A program made the translations under genes and the position numbers. From the NCBI GenBank assembly GCA_013178285.1, contig JABLXD010000012.1, positions 5,174 to 69,173 of the forward strand: a DNA stretch of 64,000 bases. The letters are read 5' to 3'. Below are positions 47,782 to 57,178 of the stretch, one piece after another (within the stretch, counting starts at the first letter, position 1; every line of letters starts with the position of its first letter). The DNA comes from Methanofastidiosum sp. (GTDB lineage: Archaea; Methanobacteriota_B; Thermococci; Methanofastidiosales; Methanofastidiosaceae). The notes below the pieces were generated by a model. It was not told the DNA's origin. It ran no database searches and worked only from the letters and a program-made list of their open reading frames with translations.

Positions 47782-48005
47782 TAATAATCCTCCTCACTTT
47801 TAAGGAGTTCTTTCCAGATATTAAGAGATTCAAGAGCATCTTTCTCATCCATCTTCTCAATGGCAAAACCTGTGTGAACAATAACATAATCGCCAATTTT
47901 TACATCTACAAGATCCAATCTAACTTCTCTTTTAACCCCGTTAAAATCAACTATTCCAACGGTGTTTTTAATTTCTAAAACTTTACCTGGAACTGCTAGA
48001 CACAT
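47781..48005 (-). CDS. hypC: [NiFe]-hydrogenase maturation chaperone HypC
   Basis: MCLAVP, VIVHTGFA. Confidence 0.97.
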   Translation of the reverse strand: MCLAVPGKVLEIKNTVGIVDFNGVKREVRLDLVDVKIGDYVIVHTGFAIEKMDEKDALESLNIWKELLKSEEDY

Positions 48006-48276
48006 GATTTTACCATATTATATTGATTAAAAAGTCTTTCTTTTATACAACTTTATAATTTTACTAATGTTATATAAATTAGATAATTAATATTTTTTCT
48101 TTTCTAAGTAAATTAGCATAAATCTAAAATTCTTTAATTAATACTTATTATTACATAAAAAATAATATTATTTATACTATTTCTGACTATAGCTATATTT
48201 CAAAATGTATAAAGTTATATATATTTGATTCCCAAAAGGTATAGCAACATAAAAAATATGTTGAGTTGGTGAATAT

Positions 48277-48960
48277 ATGGAAGAAGAAGGTAAAGAACCG
48301 ATAAGCATGCCATTAATAGGGGATGACGCCCCTAAGTTTAAAGCAAAAACAACAATGGGGGAAATTAATTTCCCAGAAGATTACAAAGGCAAGTGGGTAA
48401 TACTTTTCAGCCATCCAGCAGATTTTACACCTGTATGCACAACTGAATTTATGACTTTTGCATCAATGCAAAAAGAGTTTCAGGATTTAAATTGTGAATT
48501 AATAGGATTGTCAATTGATAGCATTTATGCACATATAGCCTGGCTAAGAACTATAAAAGAAAAGATTGAGTATAAAGGAATGAAAAACATAGAAGTGACA
48601 TTTCCCGTAATAGAAGACATACGTATGGATGTTGCAAAGAAATTTGGGATGGTCCAACCAAATGCGTCTACTACACAGGCAGTTAGAGCAGTATTTTTGA
48701 TAGATACAAAAGCAAAAATAAGGGCAATTCTTTACTATCCACTATCAAATGGAAGAAACATGCAAGAAATTAAGAGGTTACTTATAGCAATGCAGAAGTC
48801 AGACAAGGAACAAATAGCAACACCTGCCAACTGGCAACCGGGTGACGATGTAATAATTCCTCCTCCTGGTTCATGCGGAATGGCAAAGGAAAGAGTAGAA
48901 AAAAAGGAAGAAGGGAAATACTGTCTTGACTGGTTTATTTGTTTTAGGAAAGAAAAATAA
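48277..48960 (+). CDS. Peroxiredoxin (Prx6/archaeal type)
   Basis: FSHPADFTPVCTTE, TPANW, CLDWFIC. Confidence 0.95.
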   Translation: MEEEGKEPISMPLIGDDAPKFKAKTTMGEINFPEDYKGKWVILFSHPADFTPVCTTEFMTFASMQKEFQDLNCELIGLSIDSIYAHIAWLRTIKEKIEYKGMKNIEVTFPVIEDIRMDVAKKFGMVQPNASTTQAVRAVFLIDTKAKIRAILYYPLSNGRNMQEIKRLLIAMQKSDKEQIATPANWQPGDDVIIPPPGSCGMAKERVEKKEEGKYCLDWFICFRKEK

Positions 48961-48990
48961 TTTAAATTATTTTTTTTATTTAAATATTGA

Positions 48991-49473
48991 TTAAACTTCT
49001 GCAAAAGTAACAACGTAATTGTGGCCATAGTATTCCGCACATTTTGGGCATGTGGTAAAATAAAAGTAATATTTCTTAGCTTTTTTTCCTTTGTTCTCAA
49101 GGTATCTATTCATTTCTTTTATCCATTTAGGAACATCTTTATATGGGCCATCGAAAACTTTGCTTATGAAAGTTCCACTTAATCTAACATTTTTTACATT
49201 TGGAACTTCTTTCGTAACAGTCATGTAAAGCTCCGAAATCCATGGAGAAGGGTCATAAGCCAACAACAAGAAATCCTTAATTTCAGGTCCTGCTTGAGCC
49301 TCTTGTGCTTTGTTCCACATACTTGTTATGACATCACTAATGTTAAGAGGCTTATGCAAAATCTGCCTAACATTATCCTGAATGAACAGTTTATCCTTCC
49401 ATTTATGCGTTTTCTCATCCCATTCTTTAGGATCAAACTTTGGGCAACATGGAGCTTCATTTGTATTTGTCAT
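48991..49473 (-). CDS. GyrI-like conserved protein
   Basis: CCPKFDP..WD, KVFDGPY, TTCPKCA..YG.NYVV. Confidence 0.75.
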   Translation of the reverse strand: MTNTNEAPCCPKFDPKEWDEKTHKWKDKLFIQDNVRQILHKPLNISDVITSMWNKAQEAQAGPEIKDFLLLAYDPSPWISELYMTVTKEVPNVKNVRLSGTFISKVFDGPYKDVPKWIKEMNRYLENKGKKAKKYYFYFTTCPKCAEYYGHNYVVTFAEV

Positions 49474-49572
49474 GAACTATAATAAGGGCATTATTATTTA
49501 AATTTTTATTGTATAATTTGGAGTATACTAAATTGACAATAATAATATAAAGAATTCAATGATGAGTATTTT

Positions 49573-50328
49573 ATGGCAAAGTGGTATGAAGAATTATTTG
49601 AGAATTATGCCCAAACTTATGAAACTGAAGTATTTACTAAAGGTACGATAGGCGAGATAGATTTTATCGAAAAGGAAATAAAAAAAGATAAATCAAAAAA
49701 AATCTTGGATATTGGATGCGGAACAGGAAGACACTCAATTGAGCTTGCAAAAAGAGGGCATAATGTAACTGGTATTGATCTATCCGAGTGCATGCTAGAA
49801 ATGGCAAAACAAAAAGCCAAAGTAGCTAAAGTTAAAGTTGAATTCATTAAGGCAGATGCTAGATACTTAAAATTTGAAAAAGAATTTGATCTTGCCCTTA
49901 TACTATGTGAAGGTGGATTCTCCTTAATGGAAACAGATGAAATGAACTATATGATTCTACAAAGTGCAAGTAGATCTCTAAAAGATAATGGGAAATTGAT
50001 CCTTACTACTTTAAATGGACTTTTTCCTTTATACCATTCTGTTAAAGATTTTATTAATTCCAACTCCGTTGATGGAAAAAGCCAAGATAATACTTTTGAC
50101 TTAATGACATTTAGAGATAAATCAATAATAGAGATTACCGATGACGATGGAAATACTAAAAAAATAAAGGCTAATGAAAGGTACTACGTTCCCTCAGAAA
50201 TGATGTGGTTATTAAAATCCCTAGGGTTTAAAAAAGTTGACATATATGGATGTAAATTAGGCGCATTTAGTAGAGATGACAAATTAACAACTGAAGATTA
50301 CGAAATGTTAATAATAGCAGAATATTAA
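49573..50328 (+). CDS. Class I SAM-dependent methyltransferase
   Basis: ILDIGCGTGRH, GIDLS. Confidence 0.92.
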   Translation: MAKWYEELFENYAQTYETEVFTKGTIGEIDFIEKEIKKDKSKKILDIGCGTGRHSIELAKRGHNVTGIDLSECMLEMAKQKAKVAKVKVEFIKADARYLKFEKEFDLALILCEGGFSLMETDEMNYMILQSASRSLKDNGKLILTTLNGLFPLYHSVKDFINSNSVDGKSQDNTFDLMTFRDKSIIEITDDDGNTKKIKANERYYVPSEMMWLLKSLGFKKVDIYGCKLGAFSRDDKLTTEDYEMLIIAEY

Positions 50329-50380
50329 AGATTGCAAAGATTACATAAGGTTTAAAAATAGATTGGCAGAGAATAAATTG

Positions 50381-50434
50381 GGAGAAGGTATTATTTCAGC
50401 CATATCGCCAGTATGCTTTCTTATTACCTTCTCC
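50381..50434. other. Intergenic hairpin, candidate small RNA or terminator
   Basis: GGAGAAGGTA/TACCTTCTCC 10-bp perfect stem with inner CATAT/GTATG stem; TTTAAAAA at 50351-50358. Confidence 0.5.
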
Positions 50435-50472
50435 TTCAAAATCTTTAAATAGAAATTATTATTTCTTAATTT

Positions 50473-51117
50473 ATGAATATTTGTGTAATAACAGATATAC
50501 ATGGCAAAAAAAGTTCTTTAAGAAATTTTTTTGATTCGATTGATATCAAGCAATTTGACTTATTACTCTGCTGTGGAGATATAACCTCCTTTGGGGGGGA
50601 AATTGAAGCAAAAGAAATATTAGATCTAATACCAAATATGCCTTTTTATACAGTTTTTGGAAACTGTGATAAAAGTGGTGTTAGTGACTATATTTCCTCA
50701 AAAGGAATTTCACTTCATGAAAGAGAATTAAAGATCTCAGACTACACTATCGGGGGTTTTGGGGGTTCAAATAAATCTCCTTTTGGGACACCTTCCGAAT
50801 ACGAAGAAGATCATATTATGGCAGGATTGTCAAAACTCTCATATAAAAACATGGTACTGGTAACTCACGTTCCTCCATATGGAACTAAACTAGATAGAAT
50901 TGGAAATAATAAATCTATAGGAAGTAACTCAGTTAGAACTATTATAGAAAAAAAGCAGCCTTTGGTGGCGATCTCAGGACACGTTCATGAATCTAGGGCC
51001 ATTGACTACCTGGGCAAAACTGCCTTATTGAATCCCGGACCATTGAAAGATGGTTATTATGGGATAGTCAAACTTAATCTAAATGAAGTAAAGGTTGAAT
51101 TAAAGGAAATTGACTAA
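50473..51117 (+). CDS. Metallophosphoesterase
   Basis: DIHG, GD, GNCD, THVPP, GHVHE. Confidence 0.92.
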   Translation: MNICVITDIHGKKSSLRNFFDSIDIKQFDLLLCCGDITSFGGEIEAKEILDLIPNMPFYTVFGNCDKSGVSDYISSKGISLHERELKISDYTIGGFGGSNKSPFGTPSEYEEDHIMAGLSKLSYKNMVLVTHVPPYGTKLDRIGNNKSIGSNSVRTIIEKKQPLVAISGHVHESRAIDYLGKTALLNPGPLKDGYYGIVKLNLNEVKVELKEID

Positions 51118-51151
51118 ATATATTTAAATATGGATAAAATAAATTAATTGC

Positions 51152-51574
51152 ATGATTTACGAGGTTTTAATAGGTGCAGTCGTTTTAATAGCCATTCTTT
51201 TTGTAATATATTTCTTTTATGGCCCAAAGAAAGAAGGGATCCCAAAAGAGCCTGTTAAAAGACCAATCCCACGAGAAGAGGTTCCTTCAGTTCCCTATTA
51301 CACAGAAGGTGAAGTAATAGTCGAGGATGAACTACTTGGGATGAAAATGATCTGGGACTCCTATGAAGACAGGGTTGAGAACTTTATAAAATATCTTGAA
51401 AACTCAAGAGGGGTTCAGGATCCTAAAGTAATAAGTACCTTCCAAGAAATAGAAGGAGATTATGTTAAAATGAAAAAAAGACTCCGCCCATTCCTAAGGG
51501 ATCACATGGTAAAAAGAATGGACGAGAGAATTCTATATGCTAGAAATCTAATAAATAAAAAGTTCCGATATTAA
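51152..51574 (+). CDS. Single-TM hypothetical protein
   Basis: N-terminal TM, Pro-rich linker, helical domain. Confidence 0.75.
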   Translation: MIYEVLIGAVVLIAILFVIYFFYGPKKEGIPKEPVKRPIPREEVPSVPYYTEGEVIVEDELLGMKMIWDSYEDRVENFIKYLENSRGVQDPKVISTFQEIEGDYVKMKKRLRPFLRDHMVKRMDERILYARNLINKKFRY

Positions 51575-51623
51575 AGGTGTATATTACAATAAACTTTAAT
51601 ATCAATCTATTTTATTATCTCTG

Positions 51624-52526
51624 ATGATTGGAATCCCTTTATTAATAATTATCTCTTCAATACTTCTTGGCGTTTATTTTCCCATATTCGGAAAAGAGTT
51701 ATCCCAAATAGTTCCACTCCTACAAAGTATATTGATTTTTTTATCTACAATTAAAGTCGATTTTAATATCTACAAAAAATACATGGGACTTCTAAAGCCT
51801 TTTTTATTAGGATTCTTCACTTGCTATATATTTATTCCAATAATCTTTTTCCTATCAGGGATATTGCTACTTAAAATGGGTATAATCAACTTTCCATTAT
51901 TTGTTGGAATCATAATAACTGGGAGTGTACCTCTGGCAGCTGGATCAAGTCTAGTGTGGTCTAAAGAATTAGGGGGTAAGCTTGAAATTACATTACTCCT
52001 TATTATTACGACAATCTTGGCATCACCCCTAATTACGCCTTCTTATATCTATCTATTCTTAAGAGATAGTATAAACGTTAATGCCCAAAAGATGTTTTTA
52101 GAGATGGCAATCATAATATTTGTGCCCGTTTTATTATCATTTATTTTTAAAAAAAAGTTGAAAAGGAGTCTGAGCCCTAATCTTTCTTTTTTTGTTATGG
52201 GGATGATTATATACATTGCAGTTTCTAAAAGCGTTGAAAGACTTAATTTGGTAAAAGGCTACCTTTTTGTCTCAATAATCTTATCCTTAATTCTAATTAT
52301 TTTTACACTGGGATTTTTAAGAATAATTTCTAATCTCCTGAAGTTTAAAGAAGAAGAAAAAGAATCAATCTTTATCCCTTCTTTTTTTAAGAATATTAGT
52401 CTCGCAATAATTGTAGTTTCGTTTTTTGAGCCTGAAGTTGTATTTTTCCCTGTTGTATACTATATTATTGAACAGCTTGTTTCCCCACTCTATTACGAAA
52501 TAAAAAAACATAATTCAAATCAATAA
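51624..52526 (+). CDS. Bile acid:sodium symporter family protein
   Basis: Multi-TM; P.AAGSS.VW...GG, SPLITP, KN.SLA. Confidence 0.82.
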   Translation: MIGIPLLIIISSILLGVYFPIFGKELSQIVPLLQSILIFLSTIKVDFNIYKKYMGLLKPFLLGFFTCYIFIPIIFFLSGILLLKMGIINFPLFVGIIITGSVPLAAGSSLVWSKELGGKLEITLLLIITTILASPLITPSYIYLFLRDSINVNAQKMFLEMAIIIFVPVLLSFIFKKKLKRSLSPNLSFFVMGMIIYIAVSKSVERLNLVKGYLFVSIILSLILIIFTLGFLRIISNLLKFKEEEKESIFIPSFFKNISLAIIVVSFFEPEVVFFPVVYYIIEQLVSPLYYEIKKHNSNQ

Positions 52527-52563
52527 AATATTTATATTGAAAACATAATATTATCTTGATTCG

Positions 52564-53031
52564 ATGGGTACAAAAAGTAAATCTTGGAAAGAAAAGTTGG
52601 AAGATAGCAAAGGATTGCCCAAAGTTGAACCTATAACAGATAAGATGTCTAAAAGATGGGGCGAGGGAACAGTTGTTATCCCGGCACCAATTGAAGTAAA
52701 TGACATAATGAAAACTGTTCCAGAAGGAAAACTAATTACAATTGATCAAATCAGGAAAAAGCTAGCAGAAAAACATAGAGCAACTATAGGGTGCCCCTTG
52801 ACAACAGGCATTTTTGCCTGGGTAAGTGCACATGCTGCAAATGAGACTGCTTTAGAAGGTAAAAAAGACATTACCCCTTATTGGAGGACTCTAAAAACGG
52901 GAGGCATAGTTAATGAAAAGTATCCCGGTGGCATTAATTATCAGAAACAACTTTTGGAAAGAGAGGGTCACAAAGTAATACAAAAAGGAAAAAAATTCAT
53001 TGTCCAAGATTATGAAAAAGCATTGGTATGA
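52564..53031 (+). CDS. MGMT/ATL-like DNA-binding protein
   Basis: VPEGKLIT, PYWRT in place of PCHRV, LEREG. Confidence 0.8.
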   Translation: MGTKSKSWKEKLEDSKGLPKVEPITDKMSKRWGEGTVVIPAPIEVNDIMKTVPEGKLITIDQIRKKLAEKHRATIGCPLTTGIFAWVSAHAANETALEGKKDITPYWRTLKTGGIVNEKYPGGINYQKQLLEREGHKVIQKGKKFIVQDYEKALV

Positions 53032-53125
53032 AGATAAATTCTATTTAAGATCAACTTTCAATTTTTTGCTTTAATAGTAAAAAGCTTTTTAAAAATACAA
53101 AATCATTATAGTCTAGAGGGATTTT

Positions 53126-53668
53126 TTGATAGAGATAAGATTTCACGGTAGAGGGGGACAGGGTGCTGTAGTTGCATCAAATTTACTAGCTGATGCAGCT
53201 TTTAGAGAGGGAAAATATGTTCAGGCTTTTCCTTACTTTGGCGTGGAAAGAAGAGGTGCTCCTGTTACATCCTTTACAAGAATAGACAAAAATCCTATTA
53301 AAATAAAAAGCCAGGTTTATACACCAAATTATATTATCGTCCTGGACCCAACATTGATGGATGTAACTGACGTAACTTCTGGCCTAGATAAAGATGGAGT
53401 AGTTCTAATAAATTCTGATAAAGATCCAAAATACTACAATCTTTCCTTTAAGACTGCAACTGTTGATGCTACTTCTATTGCAATTGAAAATAAATTGGGC
53501 TCAAAAATGTCACCGATTGTAAATACTTCTATCCTTGGTGCTTTTGCTAAGATATCAGGAGAGATAATGCTTGAATCTATAATTTTAGCAATAAAAGAAA
53601 ATGCGCCTTCTAAAAAAGAAGAGAATGTTAAAGCCGCAAAAGAGGCTTATGATAAAACAACAATGTAA
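53126..53668 (+). CDS. porG: 2-oxoacid:ferredoxin oxidoreductase gamma subunit
   Basis: [18 protein letters not shown]. Confidence 0.93.
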
Positions 53669-53675
53669 TGATCCC

Positions 53676-53963
53676 ATGAAAAAGTTAGAAAAATTAGTAT
53701 CAATAAAAGATTTACCAGAGGCCCCAGTTTCAAATGTGCCTTCCCTTAATCAGAAGACTGGGACATGGAGAGTTTTTAGGCCAGAGGTAGATAAAGAAAA
53801 GTGTATTAAATGCAGTATTTGTTGGAGATGTTGCCCCGATATCTCAATTGATGTAGATGAAGATGGGTTTCCCATTATAAATTATGATTATTGTAAAGGT
53901 TGTGGAATATGTGCTCATGAATGCCCAAAAAATGCAATTAGGATGGAAAGGGAGGGAAAGTAA
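53676..53963 (+). CDS. porD: 2-oxoacid:ferredoxin oxidoreductase delta subunit
   Basis: TGTWRVFRP, two CxxCxxCxxxCP motifs; ATG at 53676 chosen as start. Confidence 0.92.
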   Translation: MKKLEKLVSIKDLPEAPVSNVPSLNQKTGTWRVFRPEVDKEKCIKCSICWRCCPDISIDVDEDGFPIINYDYCKGCGICAHECPKNAIRMEREGK

Positions 53964-55141
53964 TGGTGAAGAAGATAATGACTGGGAATATAGCTGCTGC
54001 TTGGGGGGCAAGACTCTCAAGAACAGAAGTAATAGCTGCATATCCCATAACTCCACAAACGATTATTGTTGAAAAACTAGCACAGTTCGTTTCAGATGGA
54101 GATCTTAAAGCTGAATATCTTCATGTTGAATCTGAACATTCTGCTATGGCCGCATGTATTGCAGCATCTCAAATAGGGGCCAGAGCTTTTACGGCAACAT
54201 CTTCACAAGGATTATTATTGATGCATGAACTTCTTCATTGGGCTTCTGGAGCAAGAACCCCTATAGTTATGGCAAATGTCAATAGAGCTTTAGCCCCCCC
54301 TTGGAGTGTATGGGTAGAGCATACAGACATGATATCTCAAAGGGATACTGGATGGATCCAATTCTATGCCGAAAGTAATCAAGAAGTTCTTGATACTATA
54401 TTAATCTGCTACAAATTATGTGAAGATAAAGAAATACAACTGCCGGCTATGGTAGGATTAGATGCTTTTTATTTATCTCATACTTCAGAGATAGTTGATA
54501 TCCCTGACCAAGAATTAGTTGATAAATTCTTGCCAAAATATGAAGCTCAATACCCGATAGATACTGAAAATCCTCTAAGCTTGGGGTCTCTTTCAATGCC
54601 CCATCAGTGGTATCCTGAATTTAGATACAAAATATATGAAGCAATGGAAAGAGTAATTCCTAGATTATATCAAATAGAAGAAGATTTTTATAAACAATTT
54701 GGAAGAAGATACACTGGCCCCCTTGAGCTTTATAATACTGAAGATGCAGAAGTCGTCCTTATTATTTCAGGCGCAGCTGCTGGAACTGTCAAAGAAACTG
54801 TAGATATACTCAGGAAAAATGGAGTTAAAGTAGGGGCTATAAGGCTAAGGATGTTCAGACCATTTCCCAAAAAGGAATTAGTTAAAGCTTTATCAAATGT
54901 TTCATTTGTTGGAGTAATCGATAGATCTTTCTCATTTGGTCATGAAGGTGCTATGTTCTCAGAAATAAAAGCATCGTTATATGGAACAAAATTTTCCCCC
55001 GCAATAAAAAATTATATTGTTGGAATTGGAGGGCGGGACATTACAACAGATACAATTAAAAAAATATTTGATAATTGTTTCAATTGTTTAAAAAATAATA
55101 AAATTGATGCCCATGTAGAATGGGTTGATATTAAGGTGTAA
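53963..55141 (+). CDS. porA: 2-oxoacid:ferredoxin oxidoreductase alpha subunit
   Basis: YPITPQT, ESEH, TATSSQG. Confidence 0.94.
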   Translation: MVKKIMTGNIAAAWGARLSRTEVIAAYPITPQTIIVEKLAQFVSDGDLKAEYLHVESEHSAMAACIAASQIGARAFTATSSQGLLLMHELLHWASGARTPIVMANVNRALAPPWSVWVEHTDMISQRDTGWIQFYAESNQEVLDTILICYKLCEDKEIQLPAMVGLDAFYLSHTSEIVDIPDQELVDKFLPKYEAQYPIDTENPLSLGSLSMPHQWYPEFRYKIYEAMERVIPRLYQIEEDFYKQFGRRYTGPLELYNTEDAEVVLIISGAAAGTVKETVDILRKNGVKVGAIRLRMFRPFPKKELVKALSNVSFVGVIDRSFSFGHEGAMFSEIKASLYGTKFSPAIKNYIVGIGGRDITTDTIKKIFDNCFNCLKNNKIDAHVEWVDIKV

Positions 55142-55143
55142 TC

Positions 55144-56040
55144 ATGAAAAGAGCAGGCATACCAACTGAAGAATTTATTTATTCTGGCCATACTGCATGC
55201 CCCGGATGTGGGGCCATGCTAGTTTCCAGATATCTTCTAAAAGTGTTAGGAAAGAATACGATAATGAATATACCTGCCTGTTGTTTTGCAGCTATACCTG
55301 GAACATTTCCAGAAACTTGTTTAGGCATACCATTGTTGTACAATGCTTTTGAAACAACTGCAGCAACAGCTTCTGGTGTTGAAGCCGCCTTGAAAATAAA
55401 AGGAAGAAAGGAAAAAATTAACGTGGTAGGCTTTGCAGGCGATGGAGGTACTGCGGATATAGGAATTCAAGCTTTATCTGGTGCCATAGAAAGAGGTCAT
55501 GATATTATCTACGTCTGTTATGATAATGAAGCTTACATGAATACTGGAATGCAGACTTCTAGTCTCACCCCAATGGGAGCTTCAACTACAACTAATCCCG
55601 TTGGTAAAAAGGGTGGGTGGAGAACTAGAAACAAGAAAAATATGATAGATATAGTAGCAGCACATGATATACCCTATGCTGCTACAGTCAATCCTTCGTA
55701 TCCAATGGACTTTATTAAAAAAATAGAAAAGGCAAAAGAAGTTAATGGACCAGTTTATATTCATGCTTATTCGGTCTGTCCAACGGGATGGAGATATCAG
55801 CCAGAACTTGGCCTAGAAATAGGAAGACTTGCAACAGAAACTGGAATATTCCCATTATATGAATTTGAAGATGGGAAATATAAAATTAGTTATAAGAAAA
55901 AAACAAAACAAGTTATTGAATACTACAAATTACAAGGAAGATTCAGGCACTTATCTGAAGATTTCATCAATGAAGTGCAAACAAAAATAGATAAAGAATG
56001 GCAGAAATTACTCCTAAAGGAAGAATGTAGTAATCGATAA
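55144..56040 (+). CDS. porB: 2-oxoacid:ferredoxin oxidoreductase beta subunit
   Basis: GH.ACPGCG, GDGGT.DIG, DNEAYMNTG, CPTGW. Confidence 0.94.
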   Translation: MKRAGIPTEEFIYSGHTACPGCGAMLVSRYLLKVLGKNTIMNIPACCFAAIPGTFPETCLGIPLLYNAFETTAATASGVEAALKIKGRKEKINVVGFAGDGGTADIGIQALSGAIERGHDIIYVCYDNEAYMNTGMQTSSLTPMGASTTTNPVGKKGGWRTRNKKNMIDIVAAHDIPYAATVNPSYPMDFIKKIEKAKEVNGPVYIHAYSVCPTGWRYQPELGLEIGRLATETGIFPLYEFEDGKYKISYKKKTKQVIEYYKLQGRFRHLSEDFINEVQTKIDKEWQKLLLKEECSNR

Positions 56041-56069
56041 ATAAAAAATATTAATTTAAATTTATCAAA

Positions 56070-57029
56070 TTATATTGTTAGAACTATCAAAGCGATTACT
56101 AACAAAAAGAGTATAACGAAAACTCTTGTTATAATTTTTTTAGAAAGTGATTTTTTATAGTATTCTCTTGGGCCTACATCCAATAGTATTGCGCCAAATA
56201 AGCTTCCCACCATTAATCCAAAGATATTTTGAAATACGATGGTAAGAGGTCCAATAAATTTAACTGGGGAAATAATTAAGAAAATTCCGCTAACTGCTGC
56301 CGGCGGTACAAGCGCAGCTGCAATTGCCACGCCCGCGATGCTCTCAGATATTCCTTTTGTAAGTGCTAACATAGATGCAAATCCTAGTGCAAATGAAATA
56401 AATACGTAAATATAATTAGGTTCAATTCGCGTTAGAATTTCTTCGGTCAAAATAGGATCATTAATAATAAATAAAATTAATGTAAAAGCAGAAGAAAAAA
56501 TTATAACTGCACCTAACATCGCCAATAGATTTACAAAACTTTTAATTACATCTTTTGTTTTTCCTACTGCCGAATTAATAGCAAATGCATAAATTGGGCC
56601 AAGTAGAGGAGAGAGTAACATTGCACCTATGATTATAGCCACGTTATTCATGAAAAGTCCAGCTAATGCAATTAATCCTGCAATAGAAACCATAGCCAAT
56701 TTATTTATGTCAAATCTTAGATAAGGTGTAGTGTTAGATATCAATTTTTCAATAACTTCCTTTTCCGTGTGTGACTTCTTTTCTTCTAGTTTATTCAAAG
56801 TTGGTGAAACAACAAAATCAGGAGAGTATACTTCTATTAAATTTTTTTTATGCCTAAAATTAATATTTTTATTTAAATTGTCCATAATTTCATCAAGTTC
56901 AAAATTTGGTAGAATGAGAGTTACTATATATAATTCATCGCCTTCTCTTATGTAATGGTGTTTTTTGGATATAATTGGTAAGATTTTTTCTAATTCTTCT
57001 TTTCTAATTCTTATAATGACTTTCTTCAT
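56070..57029 (-). CDS. TIGR00341/DUF389 membrane protein
   Basis: IIGAMLLSPLLGP, GVAIAAALVPP. Confidence 0.88.
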   Translation of the reverse strand: MKKVIIRIRKEELEKILPIISKKHHYIREGDELYIVTLILPNFELDEIMDNLNKNINFRHKKNLIEVYSPDFVVSPTLNKLEEKKSHTEKEVIEKLISNTTPYLRFDINKLAMVSIAGLIALAGLFMNNVAIIIGAMLLSPLLGPIYAFAINSAVGKTKDVIKSFVNLLAMLGAVIIFSSAFTLILFIINDPILTEEILTRIEPNYIYVFISFALGFASMLALTKGISESIAGVAIAAALVPPAAVSGIFLIISPVKFIGPLTIVFQNIFGLMVGSLFGAILLDVGPREYYKKSLSKKIITRVFVILFLLVIALIVLTI

Positions 57030-57178
57030 CTATGATTAGGCACTTGGGAAAATATATAAAACTAATCTATATGCTCATATGCTTAAAATAAGTTTTTTTA
57101 TTAATAAAAAACTTTTAATACATAGAAAAACACAATACATTATTCACCAGTATATTGAAAAACATATGGAGATTTTAT

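Noticed and set aside
50381-50434. Archaeal SECIS element
   Set aside because: GAA/A internal-loop geometry does not fit, and no adjacent gene has an in-frame TGA.
52564-53031. Active O6-alkylguanine transferase
   Set aside because: The PCHR catalytic motif is replaced by PYWR; treated as an ATL-like binding protein, a known type.
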